Of a DNA stretch of 64,000 bases, positions 1-10,955 are shown piece after piece; position 1 is the first letter of the stretch; the number at the start of each line of letters is the position of its first letter. The notes below the pieces were generated by a model that saw only the letters and a program-made list of their open reading frames with translations, was not told where the DNA came from and made no database searches. Made by a program: the position numbers and the translations under genes. The stretch comes from an uncultured Candidatus Binatia bacterium (GTDB taxonomy: Bacteria > Desulfobacterota > Binatia > Bin18). The stretch is taken from assembly GCA_965214605.1 (NCBI GenBank), contig OZ243961.1, positions 2,016,001 through 2,080,000 on the forward strand, in the 5' to 3' direction.

Positions 1-983
1 GGATAGTCCGACGACCAGGCGATATTGTCTGCGCCATAAATCTGCCGGGTGAACTCCACGTTAGAGCTCTCAAACTGGAAGGTGGCCAGCATATTGCGCC
101 GCATGTAATCGCTTGGCAACATCGACAGGCTCAGCCCCTGCAAATGTCGTAGCCGATCATAGGCGTGGTCCAACCGATACAGGAAGTGCGGAATCCACGA
201 CACGTCATTCTCGGCCGAGACGATTTTGAGACGCGGAAAACGCTCCAACACGCCACCGGCAATCATATCGGCAAAAGTGAGCTGGACCTCCTGGGGCAGC
301 TTCATATAGCCGTACAGCACGCGACGGAGATCGAACTGCACCCCACCCCGCCCAGTCAAAATGTGGAGACTTAAGGGCATCTTCAGATCCTGGGCGGCAG
401 CCCAGAACGGATCGTAGTCCGGCAGGCTATACGGCCGGTCTTCTGGCGGCGCCCCCCAAATCAGGGCACCACGCAGCCCCTTCTTGGCGATGCGTTCCAG
501 TTCGGCGACTGCGGTCGGAATATCCTCCAGCTCGACCACCCCGGCGCCCACCAAGCGCTGGGAGTTGTAGCTGCAATACTCGGCAGCCCAGTCGTTAAAG
601 GCCCGGAAACAGGCCGCCCTCAGTTCTGCATCGTCCAGGCCGAACAGCAGCATGCCCATTGAGGGATATAAGACTTCACCACTGACTCCGTCGGCGTCCT
701 GCTCTTTGAGCCGTTCGGCTGGATCCCACACACTCTTGGGAGCAACGTCAAAGCCGCGTTTAATATGCTCTGGCAACTCCTCGGCCGTCTTCCCTGATCC
801 AAAAAATCCAGCTACGGCAACCGGATTAATATTCTCACAAGCAAAAAACTCGCCCTCTTGGCCGTCATGGCCCTGAATCGTGTGCGGTGCCCGATCCCGA
901 AACTTGGCATCCATACGCTCCACCCACATGGTGACCGGCTCCACGAAATGGGAATCTGCTGAAAAAATGCGATAGTCCGTCAT
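1..983 (-). CDS. Amidohydrolase_2 family protein (runs off the window edge)
   Basis: Absent from the ORF track. Manual translation from ATG 983 (RBS AAGGAGG) gives MTDYRIFSADSHFVEP...VLYPS...FNDWAAEYC...LHILTG...AENDVSWIP...WSSDY, an open frame to base 1. Confidence 0.9.
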   Translation of the reverse strand, partial: MTDYRIFSADSHFVEPVTMWVERMDAKFRDRAPHTIQGHDGQEGEFFACENINPVAVAGFFGSGKTAEELPEHIKRGFDVAPKSVWDPAERLKEQDADGVSGEVLYPSMGMLLFGLDDAELRAACFRAFNDWAAEYCSYNSQRLVGAGVVELEDIPTAVAELERIAKKGLRGALIWGAPPEDRPYSLPDYDPFWAAAQDLKMPLSLHILTGRGGVQFDLRRVLYGYMKLPQEVQLTFADMIAGGVLERFPRLKIVSAENDVSWIPHFLYRLDHAYDRLRHLQGLSLSMLPSDYMRRNMLATFQFESSNVEFTRQIYGADNIAWSSDY

Positions 984-1066
984 ACCCTCACCCTCCTTCG
1001 TATTGGGCAACGCCAAGGGGCGCTCGGTCGTGCGCCCCGCTCATTTAACCGTCTGATTGCTCGGCC

Positions 1067-2779
1067 CTAGGTTCCTCCGACCCCACGCAACACCCGGCCG
1101 GGATAACGACCGGTGTGCTTGCCGTCTTTGACCAACACCTGACCGTTCACAACGGTATAGTGCATGCCCTCACACTCCTGGACTAGACGCGGCCCGTTGC
1201 CTGGCAGATCGCTCACCTTGTAGGGCTCTAAGGGACGAATGGTATCCGGATCGAAGATCGTCAGATCAGCCGCCATACCGGGGCGGATCATCCCCCGGTC
1301 TTTAAGACCTAGGGTCGCGGCTGGATGGGCGGCCAAGACCTTGATCGCCTTCTCCAGACTCATCGCTTTGTTTTCCCGCACCCAGTGGCCCAACAGGTAC
1401 GACGGATAGGCCGTGTCGCAGAGGAACTGCACATGCGCACCGCCGTCCGACAGCGACACCAATGAGGGCGGATAGTTAATAATCTGGCCGACCGCTTCCT
1501 CGTCACCGTTGGCCAGGGGGGTGATAAACTGGGTGTCCAGATCTTCTTCCAGTGACAAGTCCATAAATACATCGAAGACATCTTTGCCCTGTTCGGCAGC
1601 AATGTCGGCGATGCTCTTGCCTTCGAGCGCCCGATTCTTATCCAGCTTCACCTCGTTGACATACATCAGGTCCCAGCGCTTGGAGAAGGCACGGGGGGTA
1701 GGGTCATCGATCAGATCATAGCGTAAGTCTTTACGCACGGCCGGATCACGGAAATGACGCTTACGCTCTTCAGCGGTCAGGAAGTGGACCCTCTTCCAGT
1801 TCGGCAGATCGTCAAAAATTGTCGCAATATTTCTCAACGAAAAACGGAACATAATCGGCCGACAGCTGGCCTGGGGATAGATCGGCAGCCCTTGTCTAAA
1901 GGCATGGTCAAGTTCGCCCATCAGTTCCGACCATAGTTCGGGCTGATCCCACTGGTGAATCAACCCGATCCAGGTTGTGGGCAGCTTGGTTTCCTTGGCA
2001 ATCGCCTTAAGTAAGGCCAGGTCACGGTCCCGCTCGGCTTTATCTTTTTCATAGATTAAGACCCGCGGATTGAACTCAAAAAAGCCCCGGCCAAATTCGC
2101 CAACCGCTCTGCACACCTCAAACAGTTCTGTGTCTTCGGCCACCTTGCCCGGCATGGGCTCGCCGTGGTCGCCCACCTGGACTGGAGAACGTGATACTGA
2201 CAGTCCGGCGGCACCGGCTCGCATCCCCTGGCGGACCAGCTCCTTCATCTGTTCTACTTCGTCTCTAGTGGCTGCTCGCTCAATCGCGTCGGTGCCCATC
2301 ACGTACATGCGCAGCGGCGAGTGGCCCATTAAGGCCAAGACGTTCAGGGCCGGAGCCATGTGCTCGACAGCGTTCAGATATTCGGGAAACGATGTCCAGT
2401 TCCACGGCACGCCTTTCTGTAGGGTCTCGAAGTCTAGGCCTTCCACCCGCGAAAAGATGTGCATCAGCGGAGCGCGGTGTTCGGGCTTACACGGAGCAAA
2501 GGCCAAACCGCAGTTGCCCATGACCAGGCTGGTGACACCATGCCAGCACGACGAGGTCAACAAGGGGTCCCAGAAGACTTGGGCGTCGTAGTGGGTATGG
2601 ACGTCGACAAAGCCCGGGGTGACGGTCAGACCGTCGGCGTTAATCGTCTGCTTGGCCTCGCCGTCCACTTCTCCAACGGCAATAATATGGCCGCCCCTCA
2701 CCCCGATATTACCACCATAGCTATCAGTCCCAGACCCGTCATAGATTCGGCCGTTTTTGATCAGCAGGTCATAACTCAT
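1067..2779 (-). CDS. N-acyl-D-amino-acid deacylase family amidohydrolase
   Basis: Start trimmed to MSYDLLIKNGRIYDGSG (RBS AAGGAGG). Motifs PGFVDVHTHYD, HGVTSLVMGNCG, SDGGAH. Confidence 0.9.
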   Translation of the reverse strand: MSYDLLIKNGRIYDGSGTDSYGGNIGVRGGHIIAVGEVDGEAKQTINADGLTVTPGFVDVHTHYDAQVFWDPLLTSSCWHGVTSLVMGNCGLAFAPCKPEHRAPLMHIFSRVEGLDFETLQKGVPWNWTSFPEYLNAVEHMAPALNVLALMGHSPLRMYVMGTDAIERAATRDEVEQMKELVRQGMRAGAAGLSVSRSPVQVGDHGEPMPGKVAEDTELFEVCRAVGEFGRGFFEFNPRVLIYEKDKAERDRDLALLKAIAKETKLPTTWIGLIHQWDQPELWSELMGELDHAFRQGLPIYPQASCRPIMFRFSLRNIATIFDDLPNWKRVHFLTAEERKRHFRDPAVRKDLRYDLIDDPTPRAFSKRWDLMYVNEVKLDKNRALEGKSIADIAAEQGKDVFDVFMDLSLEEDLDTQFITPLANGDEEAVGQIINYPPSLVSLSDGGAHVQFLCDTAYPSYLLGHWVRENKAMSLEKAIKVLAAHPAATLGLKDRGMIRPGMAADLTIFDPDTIRPLEPYKVSDLPGNGPRLVQECEGMHYTVVNGQVLVKDGKHTGRYPGRVLRGVGGT

Positions 2780-3168
2780 ACAATCCCTCCTTATCGCACT
2801 TGGCGCAAAACGTGACACGTCAGCGCATGGACAGGTGGGGGTGGGACGGGGCAGGAGTAGGAAGTCATATTTTACGCTGCAGGTATGCTCCCACAACGCT
2901 TCTATAGCCCGCTTTAGCAACGCTGAACAGAGGCAAAATAAATTTTTTGGGGGAGCCGAGACACAGCAACGGCAGGGTGACACATGTTGGGGAACAGGAC
3001 TTAGGGGAGATGCGGCCGGGGACGCCGCTAGTCCATCCGTGTCGGCTCTACCAGTCCGCCTCTCTTCACTATCGTTCAGCTGATCGCCAAAGGGGAGACA
3101 AGAGCTCCTTTTTGAGGAGACAGGCTGAGAGGGACAGATACAAGCCCGAAGCATTTGAAGGAGGAGGC

Positions 3169-3726
3169 GTGAAGCAAGGAGGTGTCCATTTCTACAATGA
3201 AGGCAGCTGACCGGAAGGTGACCTCTTTCTCCCGACGGACCTCTGAAGTCAAGGGAAACGACCGGTGCTGTGCCACAGGTCTAGCGGGCTGCCTGACCTG
3301 GTGCTGCCGGACTAGACCAGGGTATTTGCCGTGGCCGGCTCTGTTGTTCTGGGGTTTGACTACCGAGGGTTTGGCGGTAGTGAGGAGACTAAACGGCGAC
3401 TGCTTCCCCAGGAACAGATCGACGATATCCCCAGTGGGATCACCTCTCTGCAAGCTCAGGACAAGGGCGCCCCTGAGCGGATCGGCGTGCGAGGCGTGAG
3501 TTTTGGGGAGACAGATGTGGTCGGAGTAGCTCCGCGGGCCAAGGTTGCGGTTGGCCAAGCCGGCCTCGGGGATGGGGAGCGGCTTATTGGTGATGTTCGC
3601 TCCTACGGTGAACAGCTTGAGCTCACTCAGGCCCTAGGAGAAATTGAGGGCTACCGGAAATTGCCCGAACGGGATGGGAAGCCTAAGAAACTGTGTGTCA
3701 CTCACTATGAGTTGGATAAAGAGTGA
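3169..3726 (+). pseudogene. Decayed alpha/beta hydrolase
   Basis: GTG after GGAGG; frame reads KQGGVHFYNEGS*PEGDLFLP...*...GFDYRGFGGSE...ERIGVRGVSFG with several in-frame stops. Confidence 0.7.
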
Positions 3727-3869
3727 GGGGATCCGAGGCCTCCTCTCGAAAAGCACTCGAGTGCGATGATCAGTTTTTGAAGTGGATGGAGGAAATCGAG
3801 CGCTTTGCTGCCCGCCTGTACCGGGTCGAGTTGGCTTCCACTACGTAGCCACCACTCCAGATAATACCC

Positions 3870-4740
3870 TCGTAGAGTCCCCCCCCCCTAGGACGCGGCG
3901 ATTTGCGGGTCAGTGTCGCCAGCTTAGACTGCAGCGAGTAAGCCGCTTGGGCACGGCGACCGATAAGAGCGAGCAGGAATCGAGCGCCGTAGTCCGCCGA
4001 GTGACACGGTCGGGGCCCGCGGAACCGAAGCCATTATCAACACAGCCAAGACGTTTGCTGTGATGGAGTCGTTAGTGCGGGACAAAACTGCTGGCGTCCG
4101 ACCATCCCGGTCTGGAGAGAGGGGTGGAGCAGAGCCCGTGGCGGCTCAGGATGGGCGATGTTGACATCTCCTTCCTGCTACAGTGTCTCGCCTGGGCAGT
4201 ACCGCTTTGCCCACGATGTCCTCGTCCCTGCCCTCGCCACTAGGTGCGAGCAAGGGCGAGCTGCGCTTCATTGGTATCATCAAAGCTTTTAGCCATGATT
4301 CCGGCCATGACATGTGGCAACAGGCCGTGCAGACAGACTACTGAGCTGTGGTCATGGGTGGGGCCGCCCTCTGAAATCAGTCCGCCCGCAGCCGCGTGTT
4401 TCCCGGCACTCAGACCCGGAACATCAAGGGCGGGCGTGTTTGCCATACGCACGCGCTCAGCCAATCGCTCCGGCTCAAAGCCCTACTGGCCGCCTAGGTG
4501 AGTGAGATATCGTCCCGCTCGACTTCCTCACTAGGAGCGAGAGGACATCAGTCTCCCTGAGGCGGTCTCTCGCTCCTGCCGCCATGACCTAGTATCGACT
4601 TGGAGTTGACCGGAATCGGCAAGCTTGAGCAGCTCAACGCTAATGTGGTTGCGCTGCTCAAACCGCTTGGGGAGGAGGATGTAAGGCCGATTACAGAGCT
4701 GTTTGACCGGGTGAACTCGGTCTCTAGGAATGAAGCCTGA
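3870..4740 (+). pseudogene. Decayed aldo/keto reductase
   Basis: Fragments across frames: LGRGDLRVSVA..SRLGTATDKSEQESSAVVRR; SHDSGHDMWQQAVQTDY; NQSARSRVFP; LTGIGKLEQLNANVVALLKPL..ITELFDRVNSVS. Confidence 0.65.
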
Positions 4741-4851
4741 GGAGGGAGTTCGTGAAACTCTTGCATTTGAGACGCAAAGCGGCATATCGTGAAATATGTG
4801 GATGGAGTCTGAGAGGCGTGTGAAGAGACTTTAACCATCAAGGAGGGTCAT

Positions 4852-6582
4852 ATGCCACAGTTTGACACGGTTATTAAGGACGGAACGATTGTCGATGGTA
4901 CCCTGGTACCGCCATACCGTGGGGACCTTGGTATCAAGGAGGGGAAGATTGCCAAAATCGGCAAGATTAACAGCAACGAGGCAACCCGAGTCCTCGATGC
5001 CTCGGGAATGATTGTTGCCCCGGGCGCGGTTGACCTGCACGCCCACTACGACGCACCGCTGCACTGGGATCCCTATTGCACGATCGGCAGCTGGCATGGC
5101 GTGACCTCGGTCACCAACGGCAATTGTGGCTTTGGCTTTGCGCCGGTCCATCATAAGGACGCCGACCGTTCAATGTACTCAATGGAACGCAACGAGGCCA
5201 TCCCGTTTGATGCGATGAAGGCGACCATGCCCTTTTCTTGGGAGACCTTCCCCGAATGGATGGATCACATTGAGAGCCTGCCCAAGGGCATCAATATGAT
5301 CCAACTCGTGCCGGTCACACCACTTGTGAGTTATGTGATGGGTGGCTGGGATCAGGCCAAGAGCCGCCAGCCGAACGAGACGGAAATGCAGGAAATCATC
5401 CGCATCCTTGATGAGGCGATGGCGGTCGGGGCAAACGGCTGGGCCGCGCAGCGTTTGACCGGCTACGGCGCCTCGGTCCAGCGGGATTATGATGGCACTC
5501 TGATGGTCTCGGACATGATGTCGGACGAGTTCTATCTCCAGTTGGCTAGGGCAATGAGCAAGTACGACCGAGGAACCATTCAGTATGCGCAGAACTCAGG
5601 CGCTATCGACGAAGGGGTCGAGGGCAACCGCCGAGATATGAGCTTCGGTGGACAGCTGGCTGAGTTGGCCAACAACCCGCTGATTTTTAACGCCGTGCTG
5701 GTGACGGACGAGAAGCCCGAGGTGTTCCGCACTATGCTGAGTGTGGTGGACCAATACAACAAGAAGGGCGTACCGCTGGTGGCCCACGGCTTGACCAAAC
5801 GGCTCGATTTCCGCTTTTCATTCTCGGACGAATGGAATCTGTTCGACAATGTGGATGCCTGGCGGGAAGCGACTCTGGGCACCGAGGAGGAGCGCAAGAC
5901 CAAACTTGCCAACCCCGAGCTGCGTAAGGCCATGAAGGCTGAGTATGACCGGACCAAACAGCCCAAAGCCCTAGGCGACATCGCCACCTTTATCTGTCGC
6001 AAGGTGACCAGCGACGAAATGAGCAAAAAGTACCGGGACCGTATGGTCGGCGACATCGCTCGGGAGGAGAATAAACATGTCGTCGATGCACTGCTCGATA
6101 TCTCGGCCGCCGATAACTGGAAGACCGAATGGCTCACTCCAATGCGCAACCAGAATCCTGAGTACTGCAAAGAACTCTTGAGCCACTGCACGGTTGCCGG
6201 TTTTTCCGACGGCGGTGCGCACACTAAGTTCCAGACCCTGGGGGCGTATGTCACCGATCTGCTGACCTGGATGGTACGGGATACCGAAACCATCACGCTG
6301 GAGCAGGCCCATTATCATCTGAGCTATCTGCCGGCCTGGACGGCGGGCTTTAAGGATCGCGGCTGCCTGCGGGAAGGCATGGCGGCCGACATTTTAGTCT
6401 ACGACCTTGAGAAACTTGCGGTCAAGCCAACCGAGATCCTGCACGACGTGCCGCCCAACAACTGGCGGCGGGTCCAGGGTGCGGAGGGCTACCGCTGGAT
6501 CATGGTTAATGGCGATGTGACCTTCGAGAACGGCCAGAGCACTGGAGCGCTGTCGGGTAAGCTGGTCCGCTGCAATCAGTAA
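4852..6582 (+). CDS. N-acyl-D-amino-acid deacylase family amidohydrolase
   Basis: PGAVDLHAHYD, HGVTSVTNGNCG, SDGGAH; RBS AAGGAGG. Confidence 0.9.
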   Translation: MPQFDTVIKDGTIVDGTLVPPYRGDLGIKEGKIAKIGKINSNEATRVLDASGMIVAPGAVDLHAHYDAPLHWDPYCTIGSWHGVTSVTNGNCGFGFAPVHHKDADRSMYSMERNEAIPFDAMKATMPFSWETFPEWMDHIESLPKGINMIQLVPVTPLVSYVMGGWDQAKSRQPNETEMQEIIRILDEAMAVGANGWAAQRLTGYGASVQRDYDGTLMVSDMMSDEFYLQLARAMSKYDRGTIQYAQNSGAIDEGVEGNRRDMSFGGQLAELANNPLIFNAVLVTDEKPEVFRTMLSVVDQYNKKGVPLVAHGLTKRLDFRFSFSDEWNLFDNVDAWREATLGTEEERKTKLANPELRKAMKAEYDRTKQPKALGDIATFICRKVTSDEMSKKYRDRMVGDIAREENKHVVDALLDISAADNWKTEWLTPMRNQNPEYCKELLSHCTVAGFSDGGAHTKFQTLGAYVTDLLTWMVRDTETITLEQAHYHLSYLPAWTAGFKDRGCLREGMAADILVYDLEKLAVKPTEILHDVPPNNWRRVQGAEGYRWIMVNGDVTFENGQSTGALSGKLVRCNQ

Positions 6583-6649
6583 TCGTTCGGACAGGCTGGG
6601 CTATGCCCGGTCTGTTACACAAACGGGACGAACGCCACGGGTTGGAAGA

Positions 6650-6677
6650 AGCCGGGTGAGCAGGCGCTCACCCGGCT
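6650..6677. terminator. Perfect 12-bp hairpin between convergent genes (probable terminator)
   Basis: AGCCGGGTGAGC-AGGC-GCTCACCCGGCT; only a weak U-tract (TCTT) on the minus strand. Confidence 0.5.
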
Positions 6678-7167
6678 CGACGCTTGTCAGCAGGCCAAAG
6701 CCCCCAGGAGCGTTCCATGAATGCGCGCTCATTGTATTGTGCTGTGGACGAGGTGTTAGGGCACTCGGCCTGCAAAACGCTCCGCTTTGCTTCTCCACCC
6801 TCTCTGTGTTGCCGGCCGTCGCACTTGTTGTCGTGGACGTCACGGAAGGCATTTCGGCTTCGAGAACGGTCTGAACTTTCCGGACCATCTGCTAAGTCGG
6901 CGGCGAGCCCGCTCAGCGACGGCCTGTTCACCAGCAGCTTCATCACGCTCCTGCTGAGCACTCTGGTCTCCCTCAAGAAGTCTCTCAGGATTCGAGGCGG
7001 CCGCAAGGCGTTGGAGCCGTCTGCTAGCGTCGCTCAGCAAGCTGTGCGACCCGCGCTCGTCAAGCCCGCCATTCGCACCGGACGGCAACCAACCGCCTGC
7101 AAAACGCAGCATATCACGCCTCTGCCATGCACGCCGAGTGTGGTCAAGCGGCCGAGAGGTTGAGCAC

Positions 7168-7743
7168 CTACGGAGCTGAAGGGCGGTCAAGTGACCGTTT
7201 CAACCAGTCCCGGACCGTCCCCAGCCAGGGCGGATCAGGTCGAGCGGGAATAGGCGCTATGGTGGGGAGCGGGCTTTCCTTCCACCACTCCAAGCGCGTC
7301 GTCTGGAGCTGAGCAAGCCGGGCAATTGCCGGAACGAGTTGTGTCAGAATGGACCGCTCGTCCGCTCCACCTTCAAGGAGCAGGTCCATCTGTACCATGT
7401 AGCTCTCCGAGCCGGCCATCTGGCTCGGCCCGCTGACCAGGTCTGTGATCTCGGGTATGGCTGCCTTCAGGGTCTCGCCGGCAACCGCCGACAAGGCTTC
7501 CCTGACGGCAGTTCGGGACGCGGCGTCGGGCGTGTCCACAAGAAAGCTGAGAGAGAGATAGCTCAGCGTGGCGGTGTGATCTTTCGGCTGAGCAATCCGA
7601 CACAGTCCAACCAGCGACTCTTTCCCCGGCCGTTCAAGCCCGAAGTCAAAGAAAGCCAATGTCCGTTCACCGGCATACAGGTCAATAATCTCCTGCCCAA
7701 TGTCAATCAGTTCCTGCGCGTCCTGTCTGTTTCTGGCCGCCAT
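7168..7743 (-). CDS. Hypothetical protein
   Basis: About 190-aa ORF with protein-like composition, co-oriented with the upstream genes; start uncertain. Confidence 0.65.
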   Translation of the reverse strand: MAARNRQDAQELIDIGQEIIDLYAGERTLAFFDFGLERPGKESLVGLCRIAQPKDHTATLSYLSLSFLVDTPDAASRTAVREALSAVAGETLKAAIPEITDLVSGPSQMAGSESYMVQMDLLLEGGADERSILTQLVPAIARLAQLQTTRLEWWKESPLPTIAPIPARPDPPWLGTVRDWLKRSLDRPSAP

Positions 7744-7878
7744 CTGTTTCTTTCCGTCCATCCCACTGTGTTCCGAACCCAAGTCACAAATCAAGCGGTC
7801 AGGTCTTGCAGAGGGACTGATCAGCGGCCGAAGGCTCTCGACCGAGGCACAGCCCTCATCACTACGGCCAAACCAGTC

Positions 7879-8307
7879 TCAGGACTGCTTCAGGCCCAGG
7901 TCGCCAGCAATGTCAAAGTGAATCTTGCGGACCTTGAACCGCCACGTCTCTCCCTGCTTGACCAACAGGTCTTCGTAACGACCAGCCAGCGAGGTCATGA
8001 TGCCCTGATCGCCTTCGCGTAGCACGACGATGTAGCTATCAGCCTTGGCCTCTGTGCCGTTGACCTGGATCATGCTGTTCATGGTGCAGTGTTTGCGGGC
8101 CGGTCCTTCACCCTGCAGGGGGACTGCTTTGGCAATGAAATCCCGAATCGCTGCCCGACCCTGGACTTTTCCCCGAGGTCCAGCATCAAAAAGGGCGTCC
8201 TCGCTAAACAGCCCTGCCCATTTGTCAAACTCACCATCGTCTACATAAAAGCAGTAGGCGGACAAAACATCCCGAATCGCTTCTTTTTCTTCCACGACTG
8301 ACGCCAT
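7879..8307 (-). CDS. SnoaL-like / NTF2 family protein
   Basis: EKEAIRDVLSAYCFYVDDGEFDKWAGLFSEDA...GRYEDLLVK..WRFKVR; RBS GGAGG. Confidence 0.9.
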   Translation of the reverse strand: MASVVEEKEAIRDVLSAYCFYVDDGEFDKWAGLFSEDALFDAGPRGKVQGRAAIRDFIAKAVPLQGEGPARKHCTMNSMIQVNGTEAKADSYIVVLREGDQGIMTSLAGRYEDLLVKQGETWRFKVRKIHFDIAGDLGLKQS

Positions 8308-8376
8308 AATGGAATCCTCCCTGTGGTTCACGGCCAGGGACGAAACACGTTCGCCTCTAGCCATGTTCCTCTTAGA

Positions 8377-9504
8377 TTAGTCAAGCCTGTACATGTCAGC
8401 CGCGTTCTTCACCACCAGCTTATACACATCGGCCTCTGGCAGCCCGGCAAAATCCCTGCTAATCGCTTCTTGCGAATACGGAAATGTCCCCTCAGTATGG
8501 GGATAGTCTGAGCCCCACATAAGCCGATCCATTGGGATCAGCCCCTCGCGCGCTAGAATAATTCCGGATCGGTCTTCCTCAAACGTGGCCCAAAACTGTC
8601 GGTTAAAATAAAAACTCGGCGGCTCTTCTAACTGCGGCTCCATCCAGCGGCGATGATCCGCCCACCAGTGATCCATGAAGCCTAACACTGACGGGATCCA
8701 GCCAATACCCGACTCAGCAATGATAAAGCGCATCTTGGGATACTTCTGCGCCACGCCGCTCCAAATCAATTCGGCCATGCCCAGCTCGCCGGTTACGATC
8801 TTGGCGTGCACAACCCCGACACCAATCCCCAGTTTCACAAAGTTGTCATACACAGGCTCGCCGGTCGTCCCAATATGGATCGAGACCGGATACCCAATCT
8901 CCTCAAGTGCGGCCCACAGCGGCTCGTATTCCGGCCGTGAGTAGGGCCGACCAACCATGGTTGTAGGGATGGAGATCGTCTTGATGCCTGGCAGCTTGGC
9001 CGATCGATAGGCTTCCTCCACCGCCCACTCCACCGGCCCTCGCATCGGTACCATCGATCCACCTAAGAAGCGGTCCGGCGCAACCGCACAGAACTCGCTC
9101 ACCCAGTCGTTATATACGCGGATGCTCTCTCGTTGATATTCCGCGTCCGGGGCTGCCCAAAACTGTAGGCCAAACGCACCCGGGTACATCACCTCAGCCC
9201 GGATGTTATCCAGCTCCAGATCGGTTAGACGCGCCTGGGGGTCCCAAGCGCCGGGCCGCGTATCGGCGTGCCGATGGCCACCCAGCATCTTAATTTCTCC
9301 GGCAATCTTGTCCTCCATCGAGGCGCCCTCAAGACCGACCGGAAATGGCGTTACTCCGTCGATAATGTAGAAATCTGCGTCCTCTCGGGCCTCGACACGA
9401 GGCGCCCGGTCGCGGAAACGCTTATCCATGCGAGTCGTCCACAGATCGGCCGGCTCCACAACATGCCCGTCGGCCGAGACGTAACCCCCTTCAAAGTTTG
9501 CCAT
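8377..9504 (-). CDS. Amidohydrolase_2 family protein
   Basis: Start MANFEGGYVSADGHVVEP (RBS AAGGAGG); AESGIGWIP; MWGSDYPHTEGTFP. Confidence 0.9.
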   Translation of the reverse strand: MANFEGGYVSADGHVVEPADLWTTRMDKRFRDRAPRVEAREDADFYIIDGVTPFPVGLEGASMEDKIAGEIKMLGGHRHADTRPGAWDPQARLTDLELDNIRAEVMYPGAFGLQFWAAPDAEYQRESIRVYNDWVSEFCAVAPDRFLGGSMVPMRGPVEWAVEEAYRSAKLPGIKTISIPTTMVGRPYSRPEYEPLWAALEEIGYPVSIHIGTTGEPVYDNFVKLGIGVGVVHAKIVTGELGMAELIWSGVAQKYPKMRFIIAESGIGWIPSVLGFMDHWWADHRRWMEPQLEEPPSFYFNRQFWATFEEDRSGIILAREGLIPMDRLMWGSDYPHTEGTFPYSQEAISRDFAGLPEADVYKLVVKNAADMYRLD

Positions 9505-9629
9505 ACATACCCTCCTTATGGTTGGGAGAAAAATACCAGCGGCGGATAAAGTGGCCGCTGATACCAGACAACGAAAAAGTACTCCCAAGCATGAATGCTC
9601 TGGCTTCTCCTTGTCAACAGCAGCGCTCA

Positions 9630-10920
9630 GACCGTCCGAGGGCCGGAGCACCCTGCCTGGAAAGATTCTTGCCAAGGCTCTCCATGGTCAAGCAAAATCT
9701 CACCGCATCATACGTCATCCCCTCTATCTGCTCAACCAAACGCTGCCTGTCACCGGACACCAATCGTTCACCCCCTCCAACACCCCTTGACCGTCTCAAG
9801 ATCAAAGATCACCATATTTGCCTCCACGCCTGGCGCAAGGCGTCCTTATCTTTTGAGGATCCATAAAATCGGCTTGCCTGGCGGTTAAGCGTTGGACTGC
9901 TCTTTCCTAGGGATCAGGTACCCCGTTTGTGCTCCATCACAGAGAGATGGGAACACCAGAGTTACGGATCTCTTTGGTATCTCTGATAAGCGGGTAGCAC
10001 GGTACGGATTGGTGATTATTGCTTGGCCCATATCCGGGTTGGTGTTTGTGGACGTGTGCAGAGAGTCCGTCTCCAGATTCTCGACAATGACCGGGCCGAG
10101 TAAGGCCCTTATCGGCCCAACGCGACGACTTCTTCACTGTTCTTATTGATCGAAGACCTCCCTCCCCTTTGCTTTTAAATTCCTCCTGAAAGGCGGGAGG
10201 TTCATACAGGCACTCTCCTTCTCCCGGCTGAGGAGGAGCGAGCAAAGATAGACGGGGCAGGCGGGGTAGGTAGGGGTAGGGCGGCCTACGGAGGGATGGA
10301 CGTCCCCGCCTCGCCATACGGCGCGACGGTTTTGAGAACGTCATGGTAGACATAGGGGGGTCCGCTCAAGCAGGGCCGGCCAGGGGAGCGGACGTTCGAT
10401 TGCGTTCGGCCGGTGTGTCTTCTACCAGCATGCCAGCCAGGTCGGGGAGAGTTCGATGACGCCGTGGCCGACCTCTCGCAAGACATCCGCCAATGCGCCT
10501 GACTCTTCGTGAGCAGCGAGATGACTGGGCTGCCGGGACACCCCGTCGGACAAGCCCTCGTCCGCCGCGCAGTACCGCCGGAAGCCCGAGTCTGGATCCT
10601 GACTCTCCCAATCGACGAGGTCCTCATCCCTCTAGGCGGCGTCAACCGCTTCAGGCATGTTGAAGATGCCAGTGCTATGCAGCTCCCAAAAGGCGTTGAC
10701 CTCTTTGGGGCGGCTTTGAGACTTCATAAACGCCGTGGCGGGCGGCCATACGTAACTTGTTAAGCGGGAGGGCAGCCCGACACGGTCGAGTATTAAGCTC
10801 GTATGGGCCTTGATGGTCCCGTTGCAGGACAAGATTGAAGCCCACAGGCGTGTCTCCACGTGCTTCCGACCTAGAGGATGAACACAGGTGCCAAGTCGCC
10901 CGAACCACCGGTCAAAACAA
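9630..10920 (-). pseudogene. Heavily decayed N-acyl-D-amino-acid deacylase paralog
   Basis: Fragments PSHLAAHEESGALADVLREVGHGVIE; GRLAPGVEANMVIFDLETV; QRLVEQIEGM; FPGRVLRP. These match in order the intact paralog at 1067-2779 (GMIRPGMAADLTIFDPDTI..PRLVQECEGM..YPGRVLR). Confidence 0.55.
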
Positions 10921-10955
10921 TCCGCCCTCCTCTCTCCTAGAGCGGCCTCTGTGAA

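Noticed and set aside
2780-3154. N-terminal extension of the 695-aa ORF (similar extensions at 9505-9675, 13367-13453, 39100-39231, 43682-43762)
   Set aside because: Family N-termini, and in most cases an RBS, point to downstream starts
6680-7160. Unexplained 480-bp stretch with overlapping short ORFs; considered as ncRNA or riboswitch
   Set aside because: No recognisable motif or protein family; probably a decayed gene
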